Positions 1 to 11,554 of a stretch of 64,000 nucleotides of DNA are shown one piece after another. Position 1 is the first letter of the stretch. Each line of letters begins with the position of its first letter. Origin of the DNA: Scenedesmus sp. PABB004 (Eukaryota); the NCBI GenBank assembly GCA_014905635.1, contig JABVCE010000002.1:1674001-1738000 (forward strand), written 5' to 3'. Both the position numbers and the translations under genes were made by a program. Under the pieces are notes generated by a model. That model was not told the DNA's origin. It was given only the letters and a program-made list of their open reading frames with translations, and searched no databases.

Positions 1-3000
1 GCCCGCCAAGCTGCTGCAGCCGGGCGCCGACCCGCGCGCCGCGCTGCGCGCCGTGCTGCGCGCGTGGCTGCCGCTGAGCGAGGCCGTGCTGGGCATGGCC
101 GTGGCGCACCTGCCCAGCCCCGTCGAGGCCGCGCCGCTGCGCCTGCCGCGCCTGCTCGCGGGCGGCGCGACGACCGCGCTGCTGGGCGGCGCCGCGGCCG
201 GCGGCGCTGGCGACCCCGGCGATGGCGGCGGCGCGCCCGGCGCGGCGCTGGACGACGCGACTGCGGCGGAGGTCGCTGCGCAGCTGGAGCGCACGCAGGC
301 GGCGCTGTGCGCGTCGAGCGCGGCGCCCGACGCGCCGCTCGTGGTGTACGTGTCCAAGATGGTCTCCGTGCCCGCCAGCCTGCTGGCGCGCGCGCCGGGC
401 GGCGGCGGCGAGGGCGCGCCGCCCGCCAACGCCGCGGGCGAGGTGTTCCTTGCGTTTGGGCGCGTGTTCGCGGGCGTCGCGCGCGAGGGCGCGCGCGTGC
501 ACGTGCTGTCGGCCGCGTACGACCCCTCCGCGCCGGCGCGCGGCCGCCAGACCGCGGTGCTGCGGGGGCTGTACCTCATGATGGGACGGTGAGACGCGCA
601 CGCCCGCACGGCGGCGTGCGGCGCGCGCGCGCCGCCCGCCCGGGGCGGCGCCCCGCTCGTTCCTCGCGCGCGCGCGCCGACCCGCCCCGCCCCGCCCCGC
701 CCCGCCCGCCCCGCCCCGCCCCGCCCCGCCCCGCCCCGCCCCGCCCCGCCCCGCCCCGCCCCGCCCCGCCCCGCCCCGCCCCGCCCCGCCCCGCCCCGCC
801 CCGCCCCGCCCCGCCCCGCCCCGCCCCGCCCCGCCCCGCCCCGCCCCGCCCCGCCCCGCCCCGCCCCGCCCGCCCCGCCCCGCCCCGCCCCGCCCCGCCC
901 CGCCCCGCCCCGCCCCGCCCCGCGCCGCGCCGCCCCGCCCCGCCCCGCGCCGCGCCCCGTGCGGCGGCAGCGCGCTGGAGCGGCTGCCGGCCATCCCCGC
1001 GGGCAACGTGTGCGCGCTGGCGGGCCTGGAGACGGCGATCCTCAAGAGCGCGACGCTGTGTGCCAGCCCCGCGGCGCGGCCGCTGGCGCCGATGACCTTC
1101 CAGGCCGCGCCCATCGTGCGCGTCGCAATCGAGCCGTCCGCGCCCGCCGACATGGCCGCGCTCGCGGCGGGGCTCAAGCTGCTCAACAGGTGCCCGCGCC
1201 GCCCCGCCCGCGCGCGCTGTGCGGGCCGCGGCGCGCGGCCGCCGCGCTCACGCTCTGCCCCCGCGCGCGCGCGCGCTGCGTCCGTGCTGCTGGTCAGGGC
1301 GGACCCGTTTGTGGAGGTGGGTGTGAGCGAGAAGGGCGAGCACCTGCTGGGCGCGGCGGGCGAGGTGCACCTGGAGACGGTGGTGAAGGACCTGCGCGAG
1401 CGCTTTGCGCGCGTCGACTTCCAGGCGCGACTCGGCCCCCGCGCGCGCGGCCCCAGACAGGCAGCGCCGCGGACGCGCAGCGGCGTTTGCGGCGCCCGCG
1501 GCTGACGACGCCGCGCCGCGCCGCGCCGCGCCGCGTGCCGCGCGCCAGGTGTCGCCGCCGCTGGTCGCGTTCCGCGAGTCCGTGTTGTGCGGCGCCGAGG
1601 CGGGCGAGGGCGCGCCGCCGCGGCCGCCGCGCGTGGTCGAGGCGGCCACGCCGAGCGGCGCGTGCGTGGTGCGCGTGCGCGCGCACGCGCTGCCCGCGGC
1701 CTCCGCGACGCTGCTGGACGAGCACGCGGCGCTGCTGCGGGAGCTGCTGGACGCGCAGGGCAGGAGCCGGGCGCAGCCGGCGCAGCCGGGCGGGCAGCGG
1801 CGCAGCCTGGACGGGCGCGACCTTGGCCGCGAGGTGGCCAAGTTCCGGGAGGCCTTTGCCGCCAGCCTCGCCGCCGACAGCGCGCACAGCAAGGCGCTGC
1901 CGCACCTGCTGGAGCGTGCGTGGCTGCTGGGCCCGCGCAACGTGGGGCCCAACCTCGCGCTCTGCAGCCCCAGCGCGGCGGGCGGCGACGGCGGCGGCGG
2001 CGGCAGCCTGTTTGAGACCCCTGCGGCGCAGGTGGTGCGCGCGACCACGCGGCAGGGGACCAAGCAGCAGCACCAGCAGCAGCCGCAGCAGCAGCAGCAG
2101 CAGCCGCAGCAGCAGCAGCAGCCGCAGCAGCAGCCGGCAGGGGAGCCTGCCGTCAACGGCGCGCCGGGCGAGGTGGACGTGCACGCCGCCGCCGCGTCCG
2201 CCGCCTCCGCCGCTGCCACCGGCGAGGGCGAGCTGGATGTGGCTGGGCTGCAGCAGCTGGACGTGCCGTTTGGGCGGCCCGCCGTCGCCGCCGTGCTGGC
2301 CGGCGGCGATGGCTGCGGCAGCGCCGACGCGCAGCACGCGGCCGCCGCGGCGGCGGCGGCAGCGGGCGCGGGCGAGCTGTGGCCGCACGTGTCCAGCAGC
2401 GTTGAGTCTGGCGTGATCGCTGGCTTCCAGCTGGCGGCGGGGTGCGGCCCGCTGTGCGACGAGGCGCTGTGGGGCGTGGGGTTTGAGGTGGAGGTCCGCC
2501 TCGTGCTGCCGCCCGGCGGCGCCGCGCCGCCCGACCTGGGCGAGGCTGTGTATGGGCCCCTCTCGGGCCAGGTGAGGGCTGCGCACACCTGGGGGCCGCG
2601 GCGCGGCGCGGCGCGGCGCGGCACGCGCCCGGGCACGGTGCTGCCGGGGGCACGGGCACGGTGCTGCCGCGCCGCCGGCTGCACGCTCACGCGTGCGCGC
2701 CCCCCCCCCCCCCCCCCCCCCCACCCCCAGGTGATGAACGCTGTGGCGGGCGCGGCGCGGCGCGCGGTGCTGGAGAGCGGGCCGCGGCTGGTCGAGGCGA
2801 TGTACCTCTGCCAGGTCCAGGCCTCGGCCGAGGCGCTCAGCGGCGTCTACGCGGTGCTGGGCCGCCGCCGCGCGCGCATCCTGCAGGCGCGTGCGGCGCG
2901 GCGGGGCCCGCGCGCGGGGCGCGGGCGGCGGCGCCGCCGTGCCGCCCGGGCCCGCTGCGCTGTGCGCTGCGCCGTGCCGCGCTGCTGACGCGCGCCGCCC

Positions 3001-3349
3001 GCGCGTGCGCGGCGCGCAGGAGGAGCTGCGCGAGGGCAGCGGCGCGTTCATGGTGCACGCCTTCCTGCCCGTCGAGGCGAGCTTTGGCCTCGCCGACGAG
3101 ATGCGGCGCCGCAGCAGCGGCGCGGCGAGCGCGAGCCTGCTGCTGAGCCACTGGGAGCGCCTGGGCGTGGACCCGTTCTTCGTGCCCACCACGGAGGAGG
3201 AGCTGGAGGAGTATGGCACCGAGGCGGGCGGCCCCGCCAACCTCGCGCGCCGCCTCATCGACGCGGTGCGGCGGCGCAAGGGCCTGCCGGTGGAGGACAA
3301 GGTCGTGGCCAAGGCCACCAAGCAGCGCACGCTCAAGCGCAACGTCTGA
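1..3349 (+). CDS. EFL1: Elongation factor-like GTPase 1 (EFL1/Ria1, 60S ribosome maturation), 5' partial
   Basis: Exons <1-588, 971-1189, 1298-1424, 1549-2571, 2731-2886, 3020-3349. EF-2/EFL1 motifs: FLAFGRVFAG, LYLMMGR, PIVRVAIEP, LNRADPFVEV, EHLLGAAGEVHLE, SPPLVAFRE, GFQLAAGCGPLCDE, PRLVEAMY, LPVEASFG. The C-terminus RRRKGLPVEDKVVAKATKQRTLKRNV is EFL1-like. Confidence 0.93.
681..925. repeat. (CCCGC)n pentanucleotide microsatellite in the first visible EFL1 intron
   Basis: Long, nearly perfect run of ccgcc units inside intron 589-970. Confidence 0.95.
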
Positions 3350-3601
3350 CGCGCCCGGTTACACACACACACGCCGCCGGCGCTCAGCGGAACCCCGCGC
3401 GGCCGCCCGCCCCAGCCACCCGCCAGCAGCCCGCCAGCAGCCCTACAGACGCCGCACTAATACCGCCGGCACGCGCGCCGTGCCCGCGCCCAGGCCCCCG
3501 CCGCGCGCCACAGCGCCGGCGCGGCGGCTGCCGCTGCAGCCGCCGCGCGCGCGCCGCGCGCGCTCGCGCTCTCGCGCTCTCGCGCTCTCGCGCTCTCGCG
3601 C

Positions 3602-4954
3602 TCACGCGGCGGCGAGCAGCGCCGCCGCGGCGCCGGCGCCGCCGGGCGGGTGGGGCGTTGGAAAGAAGATGCCGAACAGCACGCCCAGCACCGCGCCGGC
3701 GCAGACCTGCAGCGGCGTGTGGCCCAGGACCTCCTTGAGCTTCACGTCGCTCACGGGGTGGCCGTCGAGCAGCTCCCCGATGACCTGGTTCAGCACCTCC
3801 GCCTGCTTGCCCGCGTGCCGCCGCACGCCCGCGGCGTCGTACATCACGATCGAGCTGAACGCCAGCCCCAGCGCAAACGACGCGCTGCCAAGGCCGTGCT
3901 GGAACGCGATCGCGGTCGTGATGCCCTGCGGGCGCACCGGCGCACAGGCGGCGGCGTGAGGAGCGGCGGCGTGAGGCCAGGGGCGGCGCGCGCCGCCGCG
4001 GACGGCTGCCGCGGGCCCGCTGCACAGCGCCGCCGCCGCCGCGGGCCGCACGCGCGCGCGCGCGCCGCCGCCGCGCACCGCGCACAGCGCCGAGTGCGAG
4101 CTGGGCATGCCGCCCGAGTCGACGATCGCCCGGATGTCCCACACGCCCTTCTTGAGGCGCTTGGTGAAGATCTGCGCGGCACCAGCGCGCGCGCAGCGGG
4201 GCGTGAGCGCTGCGCGGCCGGCGGCGGTGGCCACCGCCGCAGCACGGCGCGGCCGCGCCCCCGCGCGCCCCGGCTGCCCCCGCACGCGCCCCCGCGCGCG
4301 CCTTGAGCGTCTGCGCCGTGAACCAGCCCCAGAAGCCCGCCAGGAAGACGCGGTTGGTGAAGAGGTCGGAGAAGCCGCCCCCGGGCAGCGCCGGCAGCAT
4401 GCTCAGCGCGGCCAGCCCCGCCGGCGCGGCGCCGTGCGGCCTGCGCACGCAGCGGCGGCGGGCGGCGCGGGGTCGGGCGCGGCCGGCGCTGCGAGGGGGC
4501 GCAGCGGCGCGCCAGCCCCCCGGGCTCCGCCACGATGCACGCGCGCTCACCCCAGCAGCAGTTCGCGCACGCGGTGCCGCCGCGCCCACGCGCCGAGGCG
4601 CGCCGCGCCGGCGCGCGCTGCGGCGGCGACCATCGCCGCCGCCAGCCGCCGCGCGCTCTGCGCCGCCGCCTGCACCTCCGGCTGCAGCGCCTGCTGCTGC
4701 TGCTGCGGCTGGCCCGGCGGCGAGGCGCTCGCCGGCTGCTGCTGCGCGGGGCGGGGCTGCGCTGTCCAGCCCGCCGCCGCTGCTGCGCGCGCGCCCGCCG
4801 CCGACGCGCCGCCGGCGCCGCTGCCGCGCGCGAGGCCCCGTGCGCAGCTGGACAGCGCGGGGCGCCCGCCAGCGCTCATCGATCTGCAGCAGCGCCGCTG
4901 CGCGACGGGCCCCAGCGGCCGCGCGCCCGCCCCGGCCGCTGCTGGCGCCAGCAT
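3602..4954 (-). CDS. DUF212 / acid phosphatase-vanadium haloperoxidase-related (divergent PAP2) membrane protein with probable transit peptide
   Basis: Exons 4954-4551, 4440-4302, 4171-4079, 3925-3602. Motifs AQTLKIF, SGGMPSSHSALC, VMYDAAGVRRHAGKQAEVLN, LKEVLGHTPLQV. TGTAA on the minus strand at 3359-3363. Confidence 0.9.
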
Positions 4955-5310
4955 TGCTCTGCGACGCGCTGAGACGCGCGCGCGCACGACCACAAGCGGA
5001 CACGCCGCCAATGCGCGGCAATCCGGGCGAGGACGGGCGAGTTGCTGCTCTCGGCCTCCCCGCGCGCCGAATCCTCACTCTGGGCGCGCTCGCCGGCCTG
5101 TCTGTGCGCGGGAGCCCCGCGGGCCACCGGATCTTGGCGCCGCGCGACGGCGGCGGCCGCGGGGCTCTGCGCCGCGGACCGCCGCGCGCCAAAGCGCGCC
5201 GGCGCCCGCCGCCGCCCCGCGCGCGGCGGCGGGGGGGCCGGCCGGGCCGGGGGAGGAGCCGCCGCCGCCGGGTTACACGGGAGCCCGCGCCCCGCCGCCG
5301 CCGCGGGCGG

Positions 5311-7420
5311 TCACTTGTTCCAGTCCGGGTCGAACTCGCCGCGCGCCCAGGCCTTGAGGCCGTCGAGCAGCTGGCGGGGCTTGCGGGGGAGGTCGTCGAT
5401 GAAGTCAAACACCTCCTTGATGTCGGCGTTGGGGTCGGCCATGCCGCCGCCCTTGGTCGGGATGCCGCGGATCGGCGCGAGGCGGCGTCGCACCGCATCC
5501 ATCGTCGCGCTGAGGATGGCCTGCTCGCCGCGGCGCAGCCGCGCGGCGAGGCGCTCGCGGCCCGAGACCTCGGGGCGCTGCAGCAGCTTGGTGTCCTCCT
5601 CCAGGCTGGTGCGGTAGCCGGCCAGCGCCTCGCGGCAGTCGCCCATGAGGAGCTGCAGCACCTCGTACTCGTTCATGTCGCTGATCGGGGCGTCGCTCTC
5701 AAACGTCACCTGCCACGGGTCACGCCCCGCGCGCGCGGGAGGGAGGGGGGAGCGCGGGGGAGGGAGGCCGGAGCGCGGGGCAGGGAGAGGAGCGCGGGCG
5801 CGCGGTCGGCGCGGGGCAGGGGGGAGGGAGCTCGGGGGCGGCGGCGGCGGGGCGATGGGCGCGGGGCGCCCGGCGCGGCCGCCGCGCGCGCACACCTTTG
5901 CGAAGAGCCCCGGGTCCTGTATGCGGCTGAGTCGGAGGTAGCTGAGCAGCTGTATGGGGAAGCGGTCGGCGTAGACGGGGAACGACTCGGCCGGCCCAAA
6001 GCCAAAGCTCTCCAGCAGCTGCGCCTTCATGCCGTAGTACCTAGCAGTGGTGGCACGGGGGTGCAGGGCGCGGGGGCAGGGGCAGGGGCGGGCGCTGAGC
6101 CGCGAGCCGACGGCAGGCGCCACGCGGCCGCCGCGCCGCTGCTGCCGCGCCCACGCCCGCGCCGCCGCCGCGCCGCTGCTGCCGCGCCCACGCCCGCGCC
6201 GCCGCCGCGCCGCTGCTGCCGCGCCCGCGCGCGTGCCTGTCGGCGGGCACGAGGGCGGCCGGGAACATGCAGCAGTCGGAGAGGTTGCCGTCCTGCAGCG
6301 TCCCCGTGCTCAGCAGCAGCTCGCCGTTGGGCCGGCCGTCGTTCAGAAGCACCTCCTGCCCCTCGCTGCGCGCCCGCGGGCGAGCGCGCGGGCGGCGCAG
6401 CGGTCGGCGACTGCAGCGGCGGCGCGGCCACGCTGCGCGCGCGCGGCCACGCTGCGCCGCGATGCCCCGCCGGCGCGGCCGCACCGGTAGGGGCGCGTCG
6501 CCGTGACGACGACGCGGCCGCGCTGCGCGTCAAAGTCAAGGGTGCAGCCGTTGTCGTTGCCGGTGCGGCCCATGAGGCACGCGCCGGGGACGAGCCCGAA
6601 GCACCCCGCCGCGGGCAGGTAGGTGCTGTGCGCAAGCACCACGCTGAACGCGCGCATGAAGGCCGCCTCGTTCCACACCGCCGGCGGCCACGCCGCCGGG
6701 TCGGACCCAAAGTGCGCGCCCGCGAGCTCCGCCCACTGCTGCTGCAGCGCCGCCTGGCGCGCGCGCGCCTCGCCCAGCACGCGCGAGCCCGCCAGCAGCT
6801 CCTCGCGGTCCGGCTCCTCCCACAGTATCGGCGACGCGCTCGCGTCCGGCAGCGTCGCCAGCAGCGCCGCCCAGGGCGACGCGCCGCCCGCGGCGCGCTC
6901 CGCCATGAGCCACAGCGCCAGGCCCACCAGCTCGCTCGTGCCCGCCGCGACGCGCCCCACCAGCGCGTGCTGCTCGGCGTCCACCGCCGTCACCACGAGC
7001 GCCTCGGGCACCTCCAGCACCTCCTCGCCGCCCGACACGTCGCGGCCCGCGATCAGCCCCACGCGCTGCCCAACGTCCGCCTTGAAGCGCTTCGGCTGCG
7101 GCCGCCGCAGGCGCGTGGCAGGCGGGCGCGCGGTCAGCCCCGGCGGCGGCGGCGGTGGTGGGAGGGCGGCCGTTGCACCGCGCCGCGGCCACGCGCCGCG
7201 CCGCGCTGCAGCGGCGCACCTCGAGCGGCGTCGGCGGCGCGCCCTGGGCCTGCAGCCACTTCATGAGCTGCGATGCCGTGGCCGCGAGCTCCACGTCGCT
7301 CTGCTGCTGCCCCGCCACGGCGCGCAGGCGCTGGGCGCCGGATCTGCCCGGCCAGGCCGTGCTGCTGCGCCGCGCCAGCCCGCCTCGCGCGCGCGCTGCG
7401 GGCGCCGCCGCCGCGCGCAT
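5311..7420 (-). CDS. Rubisco LSMT-like SET-domain protein lysine methyltransferase, probably plastid-targeted
   Basis: Exons 7420-7220, 7095-6485, 6365-6237, 6040-5896, 5709-5311. Motifs GLIAGRDVSGGEEVLEVP, LALWLMAER, ATRPYREGQEVLLNDG..NGELLL and ISDMNEYEVLQ (substrate-binding domain). Ala/Arg-rich N-terminus. TGTAA at 5273-5277 (minus). Confidence 0.85.
6127..6226. repeat. 37-bp minisatellite, about 2.7 copies, in intron 6041-6236
   Basis: Unit gccgccgcgccgctgctgccgcgcccacgcccgcgcc repeated in tandem. Confidence 0.8.
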
Positions 7421-7779
7421 GGCTGCGTACGGCGTGCGATCGCCACGGGAGCGGCAATTGAGCTGCGCAGCGGGTGCCGGCTGAGCGCTGGCGCAAAAAC
7501 TTGGCGCGGCAGCTTGCTCTCGCGAACGCGCGCGGACTGGCACGGCGCGTTCGCGGCGACGACGTGAGCAGGTGGTAGAAGGCGGCGGCGGCGCAGCAGC
7601 CCTCCCCGCGGCGGCGGCGGGTGCAGCGGCGCGGCGCAAAGCCGCGGCCGGCCAACTGCCTGCTGTTCGCGCCAGCCTCCCGAAAACACACTGGGCGCTC
7701 TTGCCGACCAGCCGCCGCCGCTCGCGCCGCCGCCCCTGCAACGGCGGTGTCGCCAGCCGCCGCGCGGCGCTGGGGACAC

Positions 7780-9044
7780 ATGACCACGCTCCGGCTCACC
7801 GTCAAGGGCTGGGAGGACGGCGAGCCGGTGGAGCGCGAGCTGGAGCGCCCGGACCGCTGGGCGCTGCATGCGGCAGAGCAGGCGCGCCCGTCGCCGCCGC
7901 AGCGGGCCGGCCTGCGGCGGCGGCGGCCGCAGCGGGCGCCGCGCGGCGCCTGAGTTTCGCCGCACCGCATCGGCGGCGCAGGTGACGATGACCATCGACG
8001 ACCTCAGCGTGACCATCAACCAGCGGGTGCGCCCGCGCCCGCGCGGCCGCACGCGCGGCCGCACGCGCCAGCCGCGCCAGCCGCGCCGCCGAGCGCGCTG
8101 GCCGCCCGCCCGGCCGGCGCAGCCGCACGCGGTCACGGCCAAGAAGCTGGGCGTCGGCGCGTGCGCGTGGGAGGGGGAGATGCTGCTCGCGGCGTTCTTG
8201 CTCAGTGAGCGGCCGCGCTGGGGCGCCCCCGGTGTGTCATCAGCCAGCCGCCACGCGGCTGCGCGCGCCGACCGCCGCCCGTGCGCGCCGCCTGCGCCGC
8301 CGCTCCGCCGCCGCCCGCCCCTTCCCGCAGGCGACGCGCCGCGGCACCGCTACACGGGCATGCGCGTGGTGGAGCTGGGCTCGGGGCCGGGGCTGGCGGG
8401 CCTGCTCGCGGCGCGGCTGGGCGCGCAGGTGGTCATCACCGACAAGGCCGTCGTGCTGCCGCTCATACGGGAGAACATCGCACTCAACGGCCTGCGCGAC
8501 ACGCCCACCGGGCACTCCAGCGGCACTGCCGAGGTGCGCCGCGCAGCGGCTGCGCGGCAGGGCGCGCGGCAGGGCGCGCGGCGTGCAGCGCGGAGACGCC
8601 GCGGCCGCGGCCGCGCGCAGGCGGAGGAGCTCGAGTGGGGCGCGCCCGGCTGCGACGCGATCGTGGCGCGCCTGGCCAGCCGGCGGCCGGAGCTGGTGCT
8701 CGCGGCGGACTGCTGCTACGTGGACCAGGACGGGCAGAGCCCCAGCACGCCGCACTTCGTCGCCGCCGCGCGCGGTGAGCAGCAGGGCGCTGCGGCGGTG
8801 ACGTGGCGCCGCGCAGAGCGCGCGAGGCCCCGGCCGCGCGGCCCGACGCACGCGCCGCCGCGCAGGGCTGTGTCACGGCGGCACGCGCGTGCTGGTGTCG
8901 TTTGAGCTGCGTTCGAGCGCGGTCAAGGAGACGTTCCTGGCGGAGGCGCGCAGCGCGTTCAGCCGCTGCACGCGCGTGCCGCTGTCGCGCCTGCCCCGCT
9001 GCTACCGCGTGGAGCACATCGAGCTCTACGAGCTCCACCCCTGA
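7780..9044 (+). CDS. METTL21/VCPKMT-like seven-beta-strand protein lysine methyltransferase (Methyltransf_16)
   Basis: Exons 7780-7881, 7982-8026, 8123-8204, 8331-8533, 8621-8774, 8866-9044. Motifs GVGACAWEG, RVVELGSGPGLAG, VVITD, LIRENIALN, ELEWG, LVLAADCCY. Confidence 0.88.
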
Positions 9045-9633
9045 GCGCGCCGCCGCGCTGGGCCGCCAACACCAACGCGCCGCGCCGCGGTGCCGCGGTG
9101 AGCGGCGGAGAGGGTTGACTGCAGCGCCGTTACGGCATCCCCCGGGGCGCCCCGGCGCCGCACGGCATGCGTGCCGTCGCCGCCCCGACCTGCCCGCCTG
9201 CCACGCTCTCTCCTGGCCTGCTCGCGCTCCCTCTCTTTATGCACCGCTGCACCAGCGGATCGTCCGAGAAATGCTTGCGCGCCCGCGGCAGCCTGGGAGC
9301 CGCCTGCACGCGGCACGTGCCCCAGCGGGGCGCGGGGACTGAGGCTGCGCAGGCGTGCGCCCGCGCCGGGCGCCGAGAGATGCAATGCTCACCCACAGCT
9401 ATGCGTTGGTTCGTTTCCGGCGGCAGCGAGCGCCGCCGCTGGGCGGGCCCTGTTGCCGCCGCCCGCGGCCTAGGCAAATCACTCAAGCACGTGTGTGGCT
9501 TGTGCACGCGTTGCCGCGCGTGTGTGCCGCCTCAGCTACCGAGATAGTCCTCTGCCGCTCGCGCCGGCCTGCAGCTGCTGCTCACGGCGCCCCGCCCGCG
9601 CTCGCAGGGCCGGCGACGCCCGCACACCCCGCC

Positions 9634-11017
9634 CTACACCACCGCCGCCGCGAGCAGCGCGGCGCCGGCGAGCGCCAGCACGTGCACGGCCGCGGCGCTG
9701 GCGCCGCTGCCCGCGGGCGCCCACACCGGCGGCGGCGGCGGCGCGCCCGGGGTGAGGCTGAAGGGCGTGGCCTTGCCTGGCGGGCCCGGGCGCCCGCCCG
9801 GGAGCTGCTCGCGGCAGAGGTAGAGGCTGGCGTCGGCGGTGCACATCTTGCGCCACGGCGCGCTGCGCGGGCGGCGGCGGTGGCGGTGGCGGCTGAGCGC
9901 GCGCGGCGCGCAGCGGCCGCCGCGCGCAGCCCCCCTCCCCTGCATCCCCGCACGCCCCCCTCCCCAGTGCACCGCGCGCGCGCACCACTCGTTCTGGTCG
10001 GGGTTGCGGTTGCAGAGGCCGGCGTATACGGAGAGCAGGTCGCAGCTCGGCAGGTCGCTGTCCCACTGGCAGCGCCGGCACGCCTCGCTGTTGCTGCCCT
10101 TGCACATCGTGCGCGAAAGCTGCAGCGCCGCCGCGGTCGGCACGACGTAGGCCAGGCCGCTGTGGCTCGCGCACTGCTGCACGACGCTGCCGTCGCGGCA
10201 GAGGCCCTTGTAGCTCGCGCACGCCTGCGGTCGCACGGCGTGAGCCTGCGCGCACGTGCGCGTGCTGCGCGCGCGCAGCATGGCGCCCCGCGCCCGCGCG
10301 CGTGCCCGCGCGCCGCGCGCGCGCCCGGCCCACCTGTGCATCCCCGGCGTGCTTGTCGCTGGCGCACGCGGTCGCGAGCAGCTGGAAGCGGTCGCACGTC
10401 GTCGGCGTCTTGCCGATGGCCGCAGGGTCCACGCCCTGGCTGCACTGGCGGTGCAGCGAGCACGCGCTCAGCTGCGCCCGCTCCTTGCACAGCGCCTGGA
10501 GGTCGGCGTCCGCCGCCTCAGCCGGGTGCTCGAAGCCCGCGCAATCGCCCTGGCTGGGGTCGGTGTAGCACGGGCCGCTGGCACCGCTCGTGCTGGCGGG
10601 CGGCGCCGGCGCCGCGGAGCTGTCGGGGGAGCTGCTGGGGGAGCTGCTGCTGCTGTCGCCGCCCGCGTCGCCCCCGGCCGGGGGGCTGCTGGCGCTGCTG
10701 CTGCCAGCGGCGTCACCCGCGGCCGCGGGGCTCTCGCCGCCGTCGCCCGGCGCGGGCGAGGAGCTGGGCTGGCTGTAATCCTGCGGCGGAGCTTGCTGCT
10801 GCTCGCCCGCTGGCGCTGCAGCTGGCTCCGGGCTGCTGGCGGGCGGGGGCGCTGGCTCCGGGCTGGCCGCCGGGCTGTCGGCGCTGCTCGCCTGAGTCTC
10901 CGCTGGCGACGGGCTGGACTCGGCGCTTCCCGGCGCGGCCTCCTGCGCGCCGCACTGCGCGAGCAGCAGCAGCACCGCCACCAGCGCGCACGCGGTCGCT
11001 GGGGCGCGGCGCGCCAT
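9634..11017 (-). CDS. Secreted, probably GPI-anchored Cys-rich protein resembling the ectodomain of algal CTR copper-uptake proteins
   Basis: Exons 11017-10334, 10224-9986, 9862-9634. Signal peptide MARRAPATACALVAVLLLLAQCGA, a Ser/Pro stalk, a Cys-rich domain (CYTDPSQGDC...LLATAC...SYKGLCRDGSVVQQC...CDLLSVYAGLC...WRKMC) and a hydrophobic C-terminus ending at the stop. Confidence 0.72.
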
Positions 11018-11554
11018 GTCGAGGGGCGCGGTTAATCCAATCGCTTCACGCGAGCGCCGCCGGGCGCGGCTGGCAGGACGCGCGGGGCGGTGGTGCTGGC
11101 GGGCGGCCGACTCTGCGGCGCGCTGCGGCCAGGCGGTCACACGCGGAGTGGCTCCACAGTGCGGATGGCGGCCCGCCGCCCGTTCGCGCCCCCTGGCAGG
11201 CCGCCAGCCGTCAGCGCCCCGCGCGGGTGACGCTCGAGCGGTTGAGCGCCGCAGTCGGCGCCCGCGCCGCCCAGCGGGCGTCCGCACCATCCAGGAGCGC
11301 GGCACGCGCCACAATCAGGGAGAGAGCACGCCGCCGAGCAAAGCAGAGCGAAAAATTGCGTTGGGTGCAGCGCGAACGCCCGCCGCGGTGCAAGAGAGAG
11401 GCGACGACGCGCCCGCCGCGCGCGCTCGCGCCGCGCGCGCGCCCAAAAATTCCGAACCGCGGCACGTCCGGAGCAACACATGGGGTTTCAGAGCGGCGCG
11501 CGCCGCCTGAGCGCGGCGCCTGAGCGCGGCCGGCGCGGCCGCGCGCGCCCGGGC

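Noticed and set aside
681..925. PRPAP repeat protein (extensin-like) in ORF 64..1095
   Set aside because: It is the translation of an intronic CCCGC microsatellite. The flanking EFL1 exons join in frame without it.
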